This document shows positions 16,201-24,061 of a stretch of DNA of 36,157 nucleotides, one piece after another. Below the pieces are notes generated by a model. It saw only the letters and a list, made by a program, of their open reading frames with translations. It ran no database searches and was not told where the DNA came from. How positions within the stretch are numbered: position 1 is the stretch's first letter; the number at the start of each line of letters is the position of its first letter. This DNA comes from Nocardioidaceae bacterium (GTDB lineage Bacteria > Actinomycetota > Actinomycetes > Propionibacteriales > Nocardioidaceae): assembly GCA_035262905.1 (NCBI GenBank), contig DATFRX010000404.1:1-36157 (forward strand). The letters run 5' to 3'. The position numbers and the translations under genes are program-made.

Positions 16201-17261
16201 TCAGCTACCAGTGGGACTTCGGCGACGGCACCCATTCGTCGTCGGCCAACCCGCGGCACACCTATGTCGAGGGCGGCAGTCACACCGCAACGCTAACGGT
16301 GACCTACGCCGACGGTGAGAAGGCCAGCACGCAGGTCGAGGTCGACGTGAGCTGCGCCGAGCCCGACACCCGGGACACGGTCTGGTTCCGTGACACCGAC
16401 ACCGGCGTGACCAACCACTCGCTGGGCGGCGGCTGCACGATCAACGACCTGATCGACGACGAGCGCGACTACCCGGACCACGGTACGTTCGTCGACACCG
16501 TCGCCGGCCTGGCTGAGCGGATGGCCGACGCGGGTTTGATCAGCGGCTCCGAGGCCGGACGGCTGACCAGCGCTGCGGCGCGAACCGACATCGGCTCGCC
16601 GTCTGGTGCACCTGGCTACATTCCGTTGTTCGACGGAACAGCCGAGTCGCTGCAGGGCTGGTCGCAGGCTCCGGGCGGTGAGTTCGTGTTGCAGCCAGAC
16701 GGCACGATGCGCACCACCGGCGGTCTGGGCATGCTGTGGTACAAGGATGCGTCGTTCGCTGACTACTCGCTCAAGCTGGAGTTCCGGGACATCTCGCCGG
16801 GCAACGGGCGGGCCAACAGCGGCGTGTTCATCCGGTTCCCCGATCCGCGTCAACCGCTGGACGAGCGACCCGAATGCGGACGCATCGGCGCCGCCCGTAC
16901 TTCGCAGGCCTGGGTGGCCATCAACTGTGGCCACGAGATCCAGATCTACGACGGCGCCACCGGTGAACCGCGGAAGACGGGGTCGGTCTACCTGTTCAAG
17001 GAGAACAACCTCGAACAGGCCCGACCGACGCCGAAGGGTGTTTGGAACGACTACGAGATCCGCGTCGTCGGCCAGCACTTCACGATCATCCGCAACGGCG
17101 TGGTGATCAACGAGTTCGACAACACCCCCGGCCAGCAGCCGGACCGTGCCGGTGACCCGCCGACGGACCTGCGGCAGTTCACCGAGGGCTTCATCGGACT
17201 GCAGAACCACAGCAACGCCGATGTGGTCGAGTTCCGCAACGTACGGGTGCGCGAGCTCTAG
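13263..17261 (+). CDS. Exported multidomain protein: ThuA-like domain with nested F5/8-type-C (discoidin) insertion + PQQ/sGDH-type beta-propeller + PKD + helical linker + DUF1080 (3-keto-disaccharide hydrolase family) domain (paralog 2 of 3)
   Basis: ATG at 13263 follows GAGAAAGGA. Signal: RPRRQALALAAGAVLALGLTTIPAQG. ThuA-like: VLVFHGP...GGGFLGIHDAA ... HPISWCRDYDGGRSFYTGMG. Discoidin-like: GDIGTKWLTF...RNWALQGSNDGSTW. Propeller: CCHAGGGMDFDSDGNLYIGVGD, NDLDGKILRI, PEIYVMGVRN, QGWPYC. PKD: YQWDFGDGTHSS. DUF1080-like: FDGTAESLQGW...GFIGLQNHSNADVVEFRNVRV. Confidence 0.85.
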   Translation: MFERTKPRPRGRAPSRPRRQALALAAGAVLALGLTTIPAQGQAQSQPAAVADDASAVNVLVFHGPAEEQDDPVLDAAAAIEQLGSSGGFDVDVSTDPSVFSAEGLRPYRGVVFLSAVGAELSNDQERELEDYIEAGGGFLGIHDAARAQERSQWFGGLIGARPVGALPEPEPVVSSATTASGDNPPNETRFQLVDGDIGTKWLTFNPTGWVAVRLQEAAAINQYALTSANDSPERDPRNWALQGSNDGSTWTDLDTRSGESFPNRFQTKDYSFENTTSYEWYRIDIRANAGGPLTQLAELELFAGDATPPEDPPVQEATVNFVDRQHPANDGLPLTETRDDQWLNWDTNPVGQVHTVAQVDESTYDPGRGANGPFHPISWCRDYDGGRSFYTGMGATADGYGDGDFQDHLMGAIQWTTGMVRGDCQATIASNYRIERLVTQGPAPFDLNDIGEIHGLDVAADGSVFYIGKSACPSGPIASWDNPNVGLGCGTVHRWDPDTKQPKLLATLPAFGNRGSGDESVKAEDGLVGIALDPKFLQNGWIYLYWMPQASVDRTRHTGERTISRFTYDKQTNTIDMNSRVDLLKWEIQVHFCCHAGGGMDFDSDGNLYIGVGDSNSSGGSNGYSGNNWTQEFGGYSYQDARRTAGNTNDLDGKILRIHPEPDGTYTIPDGNLFPESEDPGNKTRPEIYVMGVRNISTLFVDPTTDLLHAAWVGPDAGSPSPELGPAKYETATIITSAGNQGWPYCMGNGQPYRDRSNEDASILTGWYDCDNLQNNSPRNTGLVNLPPARDNMIWYSPQGGGPVFPERSDGSGIPTYNNTETTFTEPYLRGGCQAIMTGPVYHQSLITQKNSDVAWPSYWEDKWFLGDECNPNNRVALTVDPDGIEDAQPPVFAESLREIIPGGAANLQSWMMTSRFGPDGALYMGDYGGGFFSLNQNQKLIRVVYDGGPPTPGPTASSVAVNNTPMTIAFSGEKSGGVSYQWDFGDGTHSSSANPRHTYVEGGSHTATLTVTYADGEKASTQVEVDVSCAEPDTRDTVWFRDTDTGVTNHSLGGGCTINDLIDDERDYPDHGTFVDTVAGLAERMADAGLISGSEAGRLTSAAARTDIGSPSGAPGYIPLFDGTAESLQGWSQAPGGEFVLQPDGTMRTTGGLGMLWYKDASFADYSLKLEFRDISPGNGRANSGVFIRFPDPRQPLDERPECGRIGAARTSQAWVAINCGHEIQIYDGATGEPRKTGSVYLFKENNLEQARPTPKGVWNDYEIRVVGQHFTIIRNGVVINEFDNTPGQQPDRAGDPPTDLRQFTEGFIGLQNHSNADVVEFRNVRVREL

Positions 17262-17270
17262 ATCCATCGT

Positions 17271-17309
17271 CCGGTCGGCGCGAACCGAGTCCCGGTTCGC
17301 GCCGACCGG
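17271..17309 (+). terminator. Strong hairpin terminator after the 13263-17261 gene
   Basis: CCGGTCGGCGCGAACCG (17271-17287) pairs perfectly with CGGTTCGCGCCGACCGG (17293-17309). This gives a 17 bp stem and a 5 nt loop, starting 10 nt after the TAG. Confidence 0.75.
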
Positions 17310-17375
17310 CGTTAGCGGTTGGCGGTCGTACTGTGCGACCGACCGGATGTGCGACCGAGCGGAGCCGGTCACTCC

Positions 17376-17442
17376 GTTTCGAAAATTACTTTCGAAAGTT
17401 CGTTCATGACTATTGCTACTAACTGTAATTAGCCCGTAACTT
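17376..17442 (+). promoter_or_regulatory. AT-rich promoter/operator region, copy B
   Basis: Candidate -35 TTGCTA (17413-17418), an 18 nt spacer, then -10 TAACTT (17437-17442). Perfect palindromes TTTCGAAA (17377-17384) and ACTTTCGAAAGT (17388-17399) lie about one helical turn apart upstream of the -35. Confidence 0.45.
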
Positions 17443-17606
17443 TAGGGGTCAGCACCACCGGAGGGGCTGGCTATGGCGATAGTTTCGTTACCTCTCGGAA
17501 AAACCTTCGTCCGCAAGGCGTGCCTACTCGGGCTCAGCGCGACGCCGGCTCTTCTCGCGTCCGCCCCCTGCGCCATTCGGCGCGGCCAGCTTCTAGGAGG
17601 AGCACG

Positions 17607-18905
17607 ATGCGTGCATCCAAATCCAACCCAGTCCGGAGGGCCCTGAGCCGTCGTCGCTTCCTCGGCACCACCGCCGGTCTCACCCTCGGTGCGGCTGCCG
17701 GAGGCATCGCCCCGCTCGCCGGAGCGGCCGCAGCGGCGCCGAGCGGTCGGCTGATCCCGGCCGGCAAGGTCGGGACCATCACCTTCACCCAGCGCGACGT
17801 CCCCGGCCGGCTCGCGATCTCGACCGGCAACCCGACCATGGGTTTCCTGGGCGGCGACAACTTCCCCCAGGACCCCACCGACCTCGGCCCGCTCGTCCCG
17901 CTGCCGGGCGGCTGGCGTGAGCTGTTCGAGTTCTTCGCCAACGTCGGCATCCATCAGGTGGAGTTCGCCGGCTACGGGCAGAACGCGAACAACCCGGGTG
18001 GTAACGCGGGCTATCCGAACGACGGCAACGCCGCCGGCCGGGCCGCCTACCTCGAATACGCCGGCCGGATCCGCGGCTTCCTCGACGAGTTTGGCCTCGA
18101 GGCGATCGGCAACCACGGGTTCATCCCCAACACCTGGTTCGGCCCGAACAGCGCGGGCGGCACCATGACAGCGGCCGACGAGCTGCGCCTGCGTACGGAG
18201 CTCGAGTTCGCGGCGATCCTCGGCACCCCGTTCATGGGAACCGGCAACGACCCGACCAGCGCCAACAACCGCAACATCGAGCCGTGGACGATCGCCTGCG
18301 AGAAGTGGACCGCGCTCAACCAGATCAGCGTCAACGAGTTCGGCATCCACATGTACACGCACAACCACTCGCCGGCGTACAACTTCCTCCAGGACGGGCC
18401 GATGGTGACCGTCACCGAGGACCGCGTGACCGGCGCTCCGATCGCGCCGACGCAGGTGCGCGCGGAGTCGGGCAAACGGCTGATGCAGCACTACCTCGAC
18501 AACACCGACCCGGGCCTGGTCCAGATCGAGATGGACATCTACTGGGCGCACGTGGCGCAGCACCAGTGGCGGTGGCGCTACGACGAGAACGGCGCCCGCG
18601 TCGAGGACATCTTCGACCCGCTGGCCACGGTGGCGCGGCAGACCCAGCGCTATCCGCTCTACCACGCCAAGGACGGCGACCGGACGCTCGATCCGCCCGG
18701 TGTCGGCAACGGCTACAACTTCGTGCCGTTCGGCGACGCGAGCAGTGACATCGACTTCGAGACGTTCTTCGCCGGACAGGGCGCGAAGGGTTACCACAAC
18801 CCGAACTACGAGCAGGACAACGCACCCGGCGGTACGGCCGACCCGGGCCGCTCGCTGCGGTTCACCGAGTTCAGCGCGTTCAACATGAACAACCTGCGCG
18901 GCTGA
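17607..18905 (+). CDS. Tat-exported sugar phosphate isomerase/epimerase (xylose-isomerase-like TIM barrel)
   Basis: ATG at 17607 lies 4 nt after AGGAGGAG. Twin-arginine signal: SRRRFLGTTAGLTLGAAAGGIAPLAGAAAAAP. Motifs: VEFAGYG, MYTHNHSPAYNF, IEMDIYW, LYHAKDG. Confidence 0.8.
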   Translation: MRASKSNPVRRALSRRRFLGTTAGLTLGAAAGGIAPLAGAAAAAPSGRLIPAGKVGTITFTQRDVPGRLAISTGNPTMGFLGGDNFPQDPTDLGPLVPLPGGWRELFEFFANVGIHQVEFAGYGQNANNPGGNAGYPNDGNAAGRAAYLEYAGRIRGFLDEFGLEAIGNHGFIPNTWFGPNSAGGTMTAADELRLRTELEFAAILGTPFMGTGNDPTSANNRNIEPWTIACEKWTALNQISVNEFGIHMYTHNHSPAYNFLQDGPMVTVTEDRVTGAPIAPTQVRAESGKRLMQHYLDNTDPGLVQIEMDIYWAHVAQHQWRWRYDENGARVEDIFDPLATVARQTQRYPLYHAKDGDRTLDPPGVGNGYNFVPFGDASSDIDFETFFAGQGAKGYHNPNYEQDNAPGGTADPGRSLRFTEFSAFNMNNLRG

Positions 18906-18923
18906 TCCCCTTCAGCAACGGCA

Positions 18924-18971
18924 ACGGCTCCGATCGCGATGTCGATTGGCCTCGAACGCGACCGGAGCCGT
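18924..18971 (+). other. Intercistronic hairpin (possible partial terminator or mRNA-stability element)
   Basis: ACGGCTCCGATCGCG (18924-18938) pairs with CGCGACCGGAGCCGT (18957-18971). There are 14 base pairs plus one mismatch and an 18 nt loop. Only about 30 nt containing an RBS separate it from the 19001 start. Confidence 0.45.
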
Positions 18972-19000
18972 GAGCAGGAACCCCTAGAAAGAGGACTCCT

Positions 19001-22000
19001 ATGAGACAACGTAGCAACCGGCTGCGCAGACGCCTGCAAGCCGCGGTCGCCGGGGTGGGTCTCGCCGCCGGTGGACTGGCGGCCGTGGCGCCGCTATCGA
19101 CGACGGCAGCGGCCGCACCCGACGACAACGAGGGCATGCAGTACCGCGTGCTCGTGTTCACCAAGTCCGCCGACGGACCCAGCCCTGCGACCGAAGCCGG
19201 TGTCGCGGCGATCCGCGCGCTCGGCCAGGAGCACCGGTTCACGGTGCAGGTCACCGACGACGCGAGGAAGTTCGACCAGGAGCACCTGAAGCAGTACCGG
19301 ACCGTGGTCTTCCTCAACACCGCTGGCGACGTGCTCACCGATGCCCAGCAGAACGCGTTCGAAGCGTACTTCGCCGACGGCGGCGGTTTCGTCGGCATCG
19401 GCTCGGCCGTCGAGCTCGAGCCCGACTGGCAGTTCTACACCGACCTGATCGGCACCCGCGCGACCAGCAAGACCGACGTCCAGCCGGGAACGATCAAGGT
19501 CGCCGACCGGGTCCACGACGCCTCCAAGGACCTGCCGGAGTACTGGACGCGCACCGACGCCTGGTACAACTTCGCCCGCAACGTACGCGGCGAGAGCCAC
19601 GTGCTCGCGACCGTCGTGGAGCACGTCGACGACCTCGGGTCGTTCGAGATCCAGCCCTGGGGCGGCCGGCTCGAGGGCATCGAGGGCGGCACGATGGGCG
19701 CCGACCACCCGGTGACCTGGTGCAAGGACTGGCGCGGCGGGCGTTCGTTCTACAGCTCGCTCGGCAACACGGCGGCGAGCTTCGGCGAGTCCGAGCTGCG
19801 CTCGCATCTGGCCGGCGCGATCGGCTGGGCCGCGGGCCAGGCCGACCCGGTCTTCAGTGACTGCGGCGCGACCGTGCTCGCCAACTACCAGCAGACCGCG
19901 GTCGCACTGCCGCCGAACATCAGTGAGCCGATCGGATTCGACACCCTCCCGGACGGGCGCGTCATCCAGACCGACCGCCGCGGCGGCGTCCGACTCCACA
20001 ACCCGGAGACGAACACCACCACCGTCCTCGCCCAGATCCCGGTGTACACCAACAGCGAGGACGGCATGTACGGCCCGGCGATCGACAACCACTTCGGGAC
20101 CAATCACTGGATCTACCTGTACTACGCACCGCCCACGGTGGAGGACGTCAAGCTCTCCACGGGCGAGGTCGTCACGCAGACCACACCGACGGCCAACGCG
20201 CCAACCACCGGTGCGAACCCGGCGGTGTGGGACCCCTGGGTCGGCTACTTCCAGCTGTCCCGGTTCAAGTTCGTCGATGCCACGGCATCTGATCCGGCCC
20301 ATCTCGACTTGGGGTCGGAGCAGCAGATCATGCGGGTGCCGGTCAACCGCGGGGCGTGCTGTCACGTCGCCGGTGACATCGACTTCGACACGCACAACAA
20401 CCTGTGGATGGTCACCGGAGACGACACGCCGGCCGGCGGTGGCAACTCCGGTGGGTTCAGCCCGCACAACGACATGATGACCGCCGACGGCCAGTTCAAC
20501 GCCCCGTTCGTCGACGCCCGGCGCTCGGCGATGAACACCAACGACCTGCGTGGCAAGGTGCTGCGGATCACGGTCGACGACGACATCGCGGCGGCGGACG
20601 AGAACGAGTTCGGCGGCGCGTACACGGTGCCGGACGGCAACCTGTTCCCGGTCGGTGCCGACAAGACCCGTCCGGAGATCTACGCGATGGGCTTCCGCAA
20701 CCCGTTCCGGATCCAGGTCGACAGCAACGACGTCGCCTACGTCACCGACTACTCGCCGGACTCGAACACGCCGCAGAACTTCCGCGGTCCGGCCGGAACC
20801 GGGCGAGTCGAGATCATCCGGGAGCCGGCCAACTACGGCTGGCCGCTGTGCTATCGGCAGGACCTGCCGTACTACCGCTGGAACTTCAACACGAGTCAGC
20901 CGCTCGACAACCCGGCGCAGACCTACGAGTGCGACAACCCCACGAAGGGACCCGACAACACGTCGCGATGGAACCTCGAAGGCGGTCCGACCGTGGAGCC
21001 GGGCCGGGTTCAGACACCACCCATCAAGAACCCGGATGTCTGGTACTCCTTCACACCGGAGAACCGGGCCGACAACCCGCTCGGCACGCCGTGCTTCGCC
21101 TACTACAACGGCTCCGGCACGACCCAGTGCCCGCGGCTGTTCCCGGAGCTCGGCACCGGTGGAGTCGGGCCGCACGGCGCCGACAAGTACGAGTACGACC
21201 CGGACAACCCCGATCCGACGAAGCTGCCGCCGTACTACGACGGCTCGGTCTTCTTCGGCGAGTTCACCCGCGACATGCTGCGGGAGATCCGGTTCGACTC
21301 GCAGGGCCGGGTGTTCAAGATCAACAACCTGCTGGACTGCGGCGGGCTGACACCCACTCGGGTCCCGCAGACCAACCGGCCGTTCGAGTGCGACAACCCG
21401 ATGGACCTGCAGTTCGACGGCAGCGGGCACTTCTACCTGCTGGCGTACGGCGACGGGTTCTTCAACATCAACAACGACGCCGGGCTGTACCGCTGGGACT
21501 ACGTCAAGGGCCAACGGGCGCCGATCCCGGTGCTGTCGGCCAATCCGACGAGTGGGTCGGCGCCGTTGACCGTGGAGTTCTCGAGCAACGGCTCGCGTGA
21601 CCCGGACCCGGCTGACTCGATCCGCTTCGAGTGGGACTTCAACGGTGACGGCACGATCGACTCGATCGACGCCGATCCGCAGTTCACGTACACGACGCCG
21701 GGCCAGTACACGGCGCGGCTGACCGTGTACGACTCGAGCGGCCAGTCGGCGTCGGCGAACACGACGATCACCGTCGGGAACACCGCACCGACCGTTTCGG
21801 TCGACACACCGGTCGAGGGCGGCCTGTTCGCCTTCGGTGAGTCGATCCCGTTCGAGGTGACCGTGACCGATCCCGAGGACGGCACGATCGACTGCGGCCG
21901 GGTCGAGGTGACCTTCGTCCTCGGCCACGACGAGCACGGCCATGCCGAGGCGACCGTCAGCGGCTGCGAAGGCGTGTTGCCGACGTACGCCGAGGACGTC

Positions 22001-22549
22001 TCGCACGGCGGCAACGTGTTCGGCGTCGTCAGCGCGTCGTACACCGACCTGGGCGGCTCGGCCGGCGTACCGGCACTCACCACGGTGGATCAGGTGAACG
22101 TCCGGCAGAAGCGCCAGGAGGTCGAGTTCGTGCGCGACGAGTCCGGGACGAACGTGGCCACGACCAACGATCCGGCCGGCGGCGGTCAGCACCGCGGCAG
22201 CCTCGGCAGCGGTGACTGGGTCGCGCTGAACGGCCCGTTCGACCTGGAGAACATCGACTCGCTCACCTTCCGGGTGGCCAGTACGTCGGGCGCGGTCCCG
22301 GCGGGCAACCCGATGGCGGCGGTCGAGGTCCGGCTGGACGCCGTGGACGGGCCGATCCTGACCACGGCGACCCTCACCTCCACCGGGAACACCGCGACCT
22401 GGCAGAGCCAGACCGTGCCGGTCACCGATCCCGGCGGATCGCACCGGATGTTCCTCGTGTTCCGTTCGGTGCCGGGCGGCCAGACCGGCGGCAACCTGTT
22501 CAACCTGAACTGGGCGGAGTTCGTCGGCGCGGGCGTGTCCCAGCCCTAG
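19001..22549 (+). CDS. Exported multidomain protein: ThuA-like domain + PQQ/sGDH-type beta-propeller + PKD + His-cluster module + C-terminal carbohydrate-binding (CBM6/35-like) module (paralog 3 of 3)
   Basis: ATG follows GAAAGAGGA. Signal: RLRRRLQAAVAGVGLAAGGLAAVAPLSTTAAAAP. ThuA-like: YRVLVFTKS...GGGFVGIGSA...HPVTWCKDWRGGRSFYSSLG. Propeller: CCHVAGDIDFDTHNNLWMVTGDD, NDLRGKVLRI, PEIYAMGFRNPFR, YGWPLC. PKD: FEWDFNGDGTIDS. C-terminal segment GDWVALNGPFDLENIDSLTFRVAS...GNLFNLNWAEF. Confidence 0.85.
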   Translation: MRQRSNRLRRRLQAAVAGVGLAAGGLAAVAPLSTTAAAAPDDNEGMQYRVLVFTKSADGPSPATEAGVAAIRALGQEHRFTVQVTDDARKFDQEHLKQYRTVVFLNTAGDVLTDAQQNAFEAYFADGGGFVGIGSAVELEPDWQFYTDLIGTRATSKTDVQPGTIKVADRVHDASKDLPEYWTRTDAWYNFARNVRGESHVLATVVEHVDDLGSFEIQPWGGRLEGIEGGTMGADHPVTWCKDWRGGRSFYSSLGNTAASFGESELRSHLAGAIGWAAGQADPVFSDCGATVLANYQQTAVALPPNISEPIGFDTLPDGRVIQTDRRGGVRLHNPETNTTTVLAQIPVYTNSEDGMYGPAIDNHFGTNHWIYLYYAPPTVEDVKLSTGEVVTQTTPTANAPTTGANPAVWDPWVGYFQLSRFKFVDATASDPAHLDLGSEQQIMRVPVNRGACCHVAGDIDFDTHNNLWMVTGDDTPAGGGNSGGFSPHNDMMTADGQFNAPFVDARRSAMNTNDLRGKVLRITVDDDIAAADENEFGGAYTVPDGNLFPVGADKTRPEIYAMGFRNPFRIQVDSNDVAYVTDYSPDSNTPQNFRGPAGTGRVEIIREPANYGWPLCYRQDLPYYRWNFNTSQPLDNPAQTYECDNPTKGPDNTSRWNLEGGPTVEPGRVQTPPIKNPDVWYSFTPENRADNPLGTPCFAYYNGSGTTQCPRLFPELGTGGVGPHGADKYEYDPDNPDPTKLPPYYDGSVFFGEFTRDMLREIRFDSQGRVFKINNLLDCGGLTPTRVPQTNRPFECDNPMDLQFDGSGHFYLLAYGDGFFNINNDAGLYRWDYVKGQRAPIPVLSANPTSGSAPLTVEFSSNGSRDPDPADSIRFEWDFNGDGTIDSIDADPQFTYTTPGQYTARLTVYDSSGQSASANTTITVGNTAPTVSVDTPVEGGLFAFGESIPFEVTVTDPEDGTIDCGRVEVTFVLGHDEHGHAEATVSGCEGVLPTYAEDVSHGGNVFGVVSASYTDLGGSAGVPALTTVDQVNVRQKRQEVEFVRDESGTNVATTNDPAGGGQHRGSLGSGDWVALNGPFDLENIDSLTFRVASTSGAVPAGNPMAAVEVRLDAVDGPILTTATLTSTGNTATWQSQTVPVTDPGGSHRMFLVFRSVPGGQTGGNLFNLNWAEFVGAGVSQP

Positions 22550-22559
22550 CCGTCCGCTC

Positions 22560-22612
22560 ACTCGGCGGGCGGGGTTCGAGGCGATCAGTTTCCGAACCCC
22601 GCCTCGCCGAGT
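22560..22612 (+). terminator. Hairpin terminator after the 19001-22549 gene
   Basis: ACTCGGCGGGCGGGGTTCG pairs with CGAACCCCGCC(T)CGCCGAGT. The stem is about 18 bp with one bulge and a 14 nt loop, and it starts 11 nt after the stop. Confidence 0.7.
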
Positions 22613-22684
22613 CGCCATCAGCTCACGAACTTCGGAGAGTGTCAGCCATGCTTCTGCAACAAATCTGCAAAAGATTGGCGCTAT

Positions 22685-22718
22685 CCCCTTGTCAAGGGGT
22701 CCGAACTGTCTCTAGTTT
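22685..22718 (+). promoter_or_regulatory. Candidate promoter with overlapping inverted repeat upstream of the ROK regulator
   Basis: TTGTCA (22689-22694), an 18 nt spacer, then TAGTTT (22713-22718). The perfect 7 bp inverted repeat CCCCTTG-T-CAAGGGG (22685-22699) covers the -35. Confidence 0.4.
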
Positions 22719-22801
22719 GTCGATCCAGTGAACGAACCTCGCGGATCGGCCGTGTGATGGCAATCCCGCCGTCATCAAGGCGCACGCGAGAGGAGCGCCG
22801 A

Positions 22802-24061
22802 GTGGTCACAGGAACGACGGCCAAGGCGGCTGGCCCACGCCAAGCCGCTCAGTTCGGTCGTCGCGGCGAGAACATGGCCATCCTTTTGGGGCTGCTTCGT
22901 ACCGAAGGTCCCTGGTCCCGGGCCCGCCTCGCCGAGATGTCCGGTCTCAGCCGGGCCACCGTCGCCTCCGTCGTCGATGACCTCGCCTCGCGGGGGCTCG
23001 TCGTGCTCGGCGACCGCCGCGCGGACGGGTCGCCCGGCCGGCCGGGTCAGTCCGTCGCGCTCGACGGCCGGGACCTGTGGGGCTTGGGGCTGCAGGTCGG
23101 TGCGCATCATGTCGCCGCCGTCGTCTTGGACCTGTCCGGGCGCACCGTGTTCGAGCAGCGCACGGCGGTCCCCGAGGGGGCCGACAACTGGCGCGGCGTC
23201 ATGGAGCACCTGGCCGGTCTGGTCGCCGCCGCGCGGGAGGCGGCGGACGAGCACGGCGCCCAGCTGCTGGAGTGCCAGATCGCCGTGCCCGGGCTGGTGG
23301 ACTCCGTGCACGGTGTGGTCGTCGCCGCACCCAACATCGGCTGGCAGACCCTGGCGGTCGCCGACGAGGTCAGCGCACATCTCAGCGATGCCCTGCCGAT
23401 CCGGGTCGCCAACGACGCCAACCTGACCGCCGTCGCCGAGCACGCCTACGGCACCGTCGCCGGCACGTCCGACATCGTCGTCCTCACCGGCGAGCTCGGT
23501 GTCGGGGCCGGACTCGTCGTTCAGAGCTGGCCGCTGACCGGAGCCGAGGGCTACGCCGGAGAGGTCGGGCACGTCCAGATCGACCCGGCCGGCCGCGACT
23601 GCGCCTGCGGCCGACGCGGTTGCTGGGAGACGATGGTCGGCTTCCGGGCGGTGCTGCACGCAGCCGCGGTGGGAGACGACCCGGTACGCGATCCGGCCGT
23701 CGACGTCGAGGTTCGGGTCAACGACATCGCCCGGCGCGCGGCCGACGGTGACACCCGTACGCTCAACGCCCTGCATGCGATCGGCGTCGATCTGGGTCGC
23801 GGTGCGGCCTGGCTGGTCAACGTGTTCAACCCAGGGGCTTTGGTGCTCGGCGGCTTCTTCGCGCCGCTCGCCCCCTATCTCATCGAGTCGATGCGGGCCG
23901 AGATGGCGCCCCGCATCCTGGCGGCCGGGCTCGGCGGCTGCCGCGTCGTGCAGTCCGCCCTCGGCTTCACGGCCGCTGCCCAGGGCGGTGCGCATGTCGC
24001 CCTGTCGTCCGTCTTCGCCGACCCCGCCGGGGTCCAGGTCTCCACTGGAGGTGCCCGATGA
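22802..24061 (+). CDS. ROK-family transcriptional regulator (winged-HTH + ROK sugar-sensing domain)
   Basis: wHTH: LLGLLRTEGPWSRARLAEMSGLSRATVASVVDDLASRGLV. ROK zinc motif: GHVQIDPAGRDCACGRRGCWE. The start is uncertain. GTG at 22802 lies 6 nt after GAGGAG and is preferred over 22754. Confidence 0.8.
   Translation: MVTGTTAKAAGPRQAAQFGRRGENMAILLGLLRTEGPWSRARLAEMSGLSRATVASVVDDLASRGLVVLGDRRADGSPGRPGQSVALDGRDLWGLGLQVGAHHVAAVVLDLSGRTVFEQRTAVPEGADNWRGVMEHLAGLVAAAREAADEHGAQLLECQIAVPGLVDSVHGVVVAAPNIGWQTLAVADEVSAHLSDALPIRVANDANLTAVAEHAYGTVAGTSDIVVLTGELGVGAGLVVQSWPLTGAEGYAGEVGHVQIDPAGRDCACGRRGCWETMVGFRAVLHAAAVGDDPVRDPAVDVEVRVNDIARRAADGDTRTLNALHAIGVDLGRGAAWLVNVFNPGALVLGGFFAPLAPYLIESMRAEMAPRILAAGLGGCRVVQSALGFTAAAQGGAHVALSSVFADPAGVQVSTGGAR

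Noticed and set aside
19094-22618. Very long minus-strand ORFs: 19094-22618 (1174 aa), 27182-29761, 30711-32987, 13143-14744, 2066-3568, 23875-25524 and many shorter ones.
   Set aside because: They lie antisense to + strand genes that carry strong family motifs. Their translations are Arg/Pro/Gly/Ala-rich low-complexity strings with no recognisable domains. In 70% GC DNA stop codons are rare in off-frames, so these are expected artefacts.
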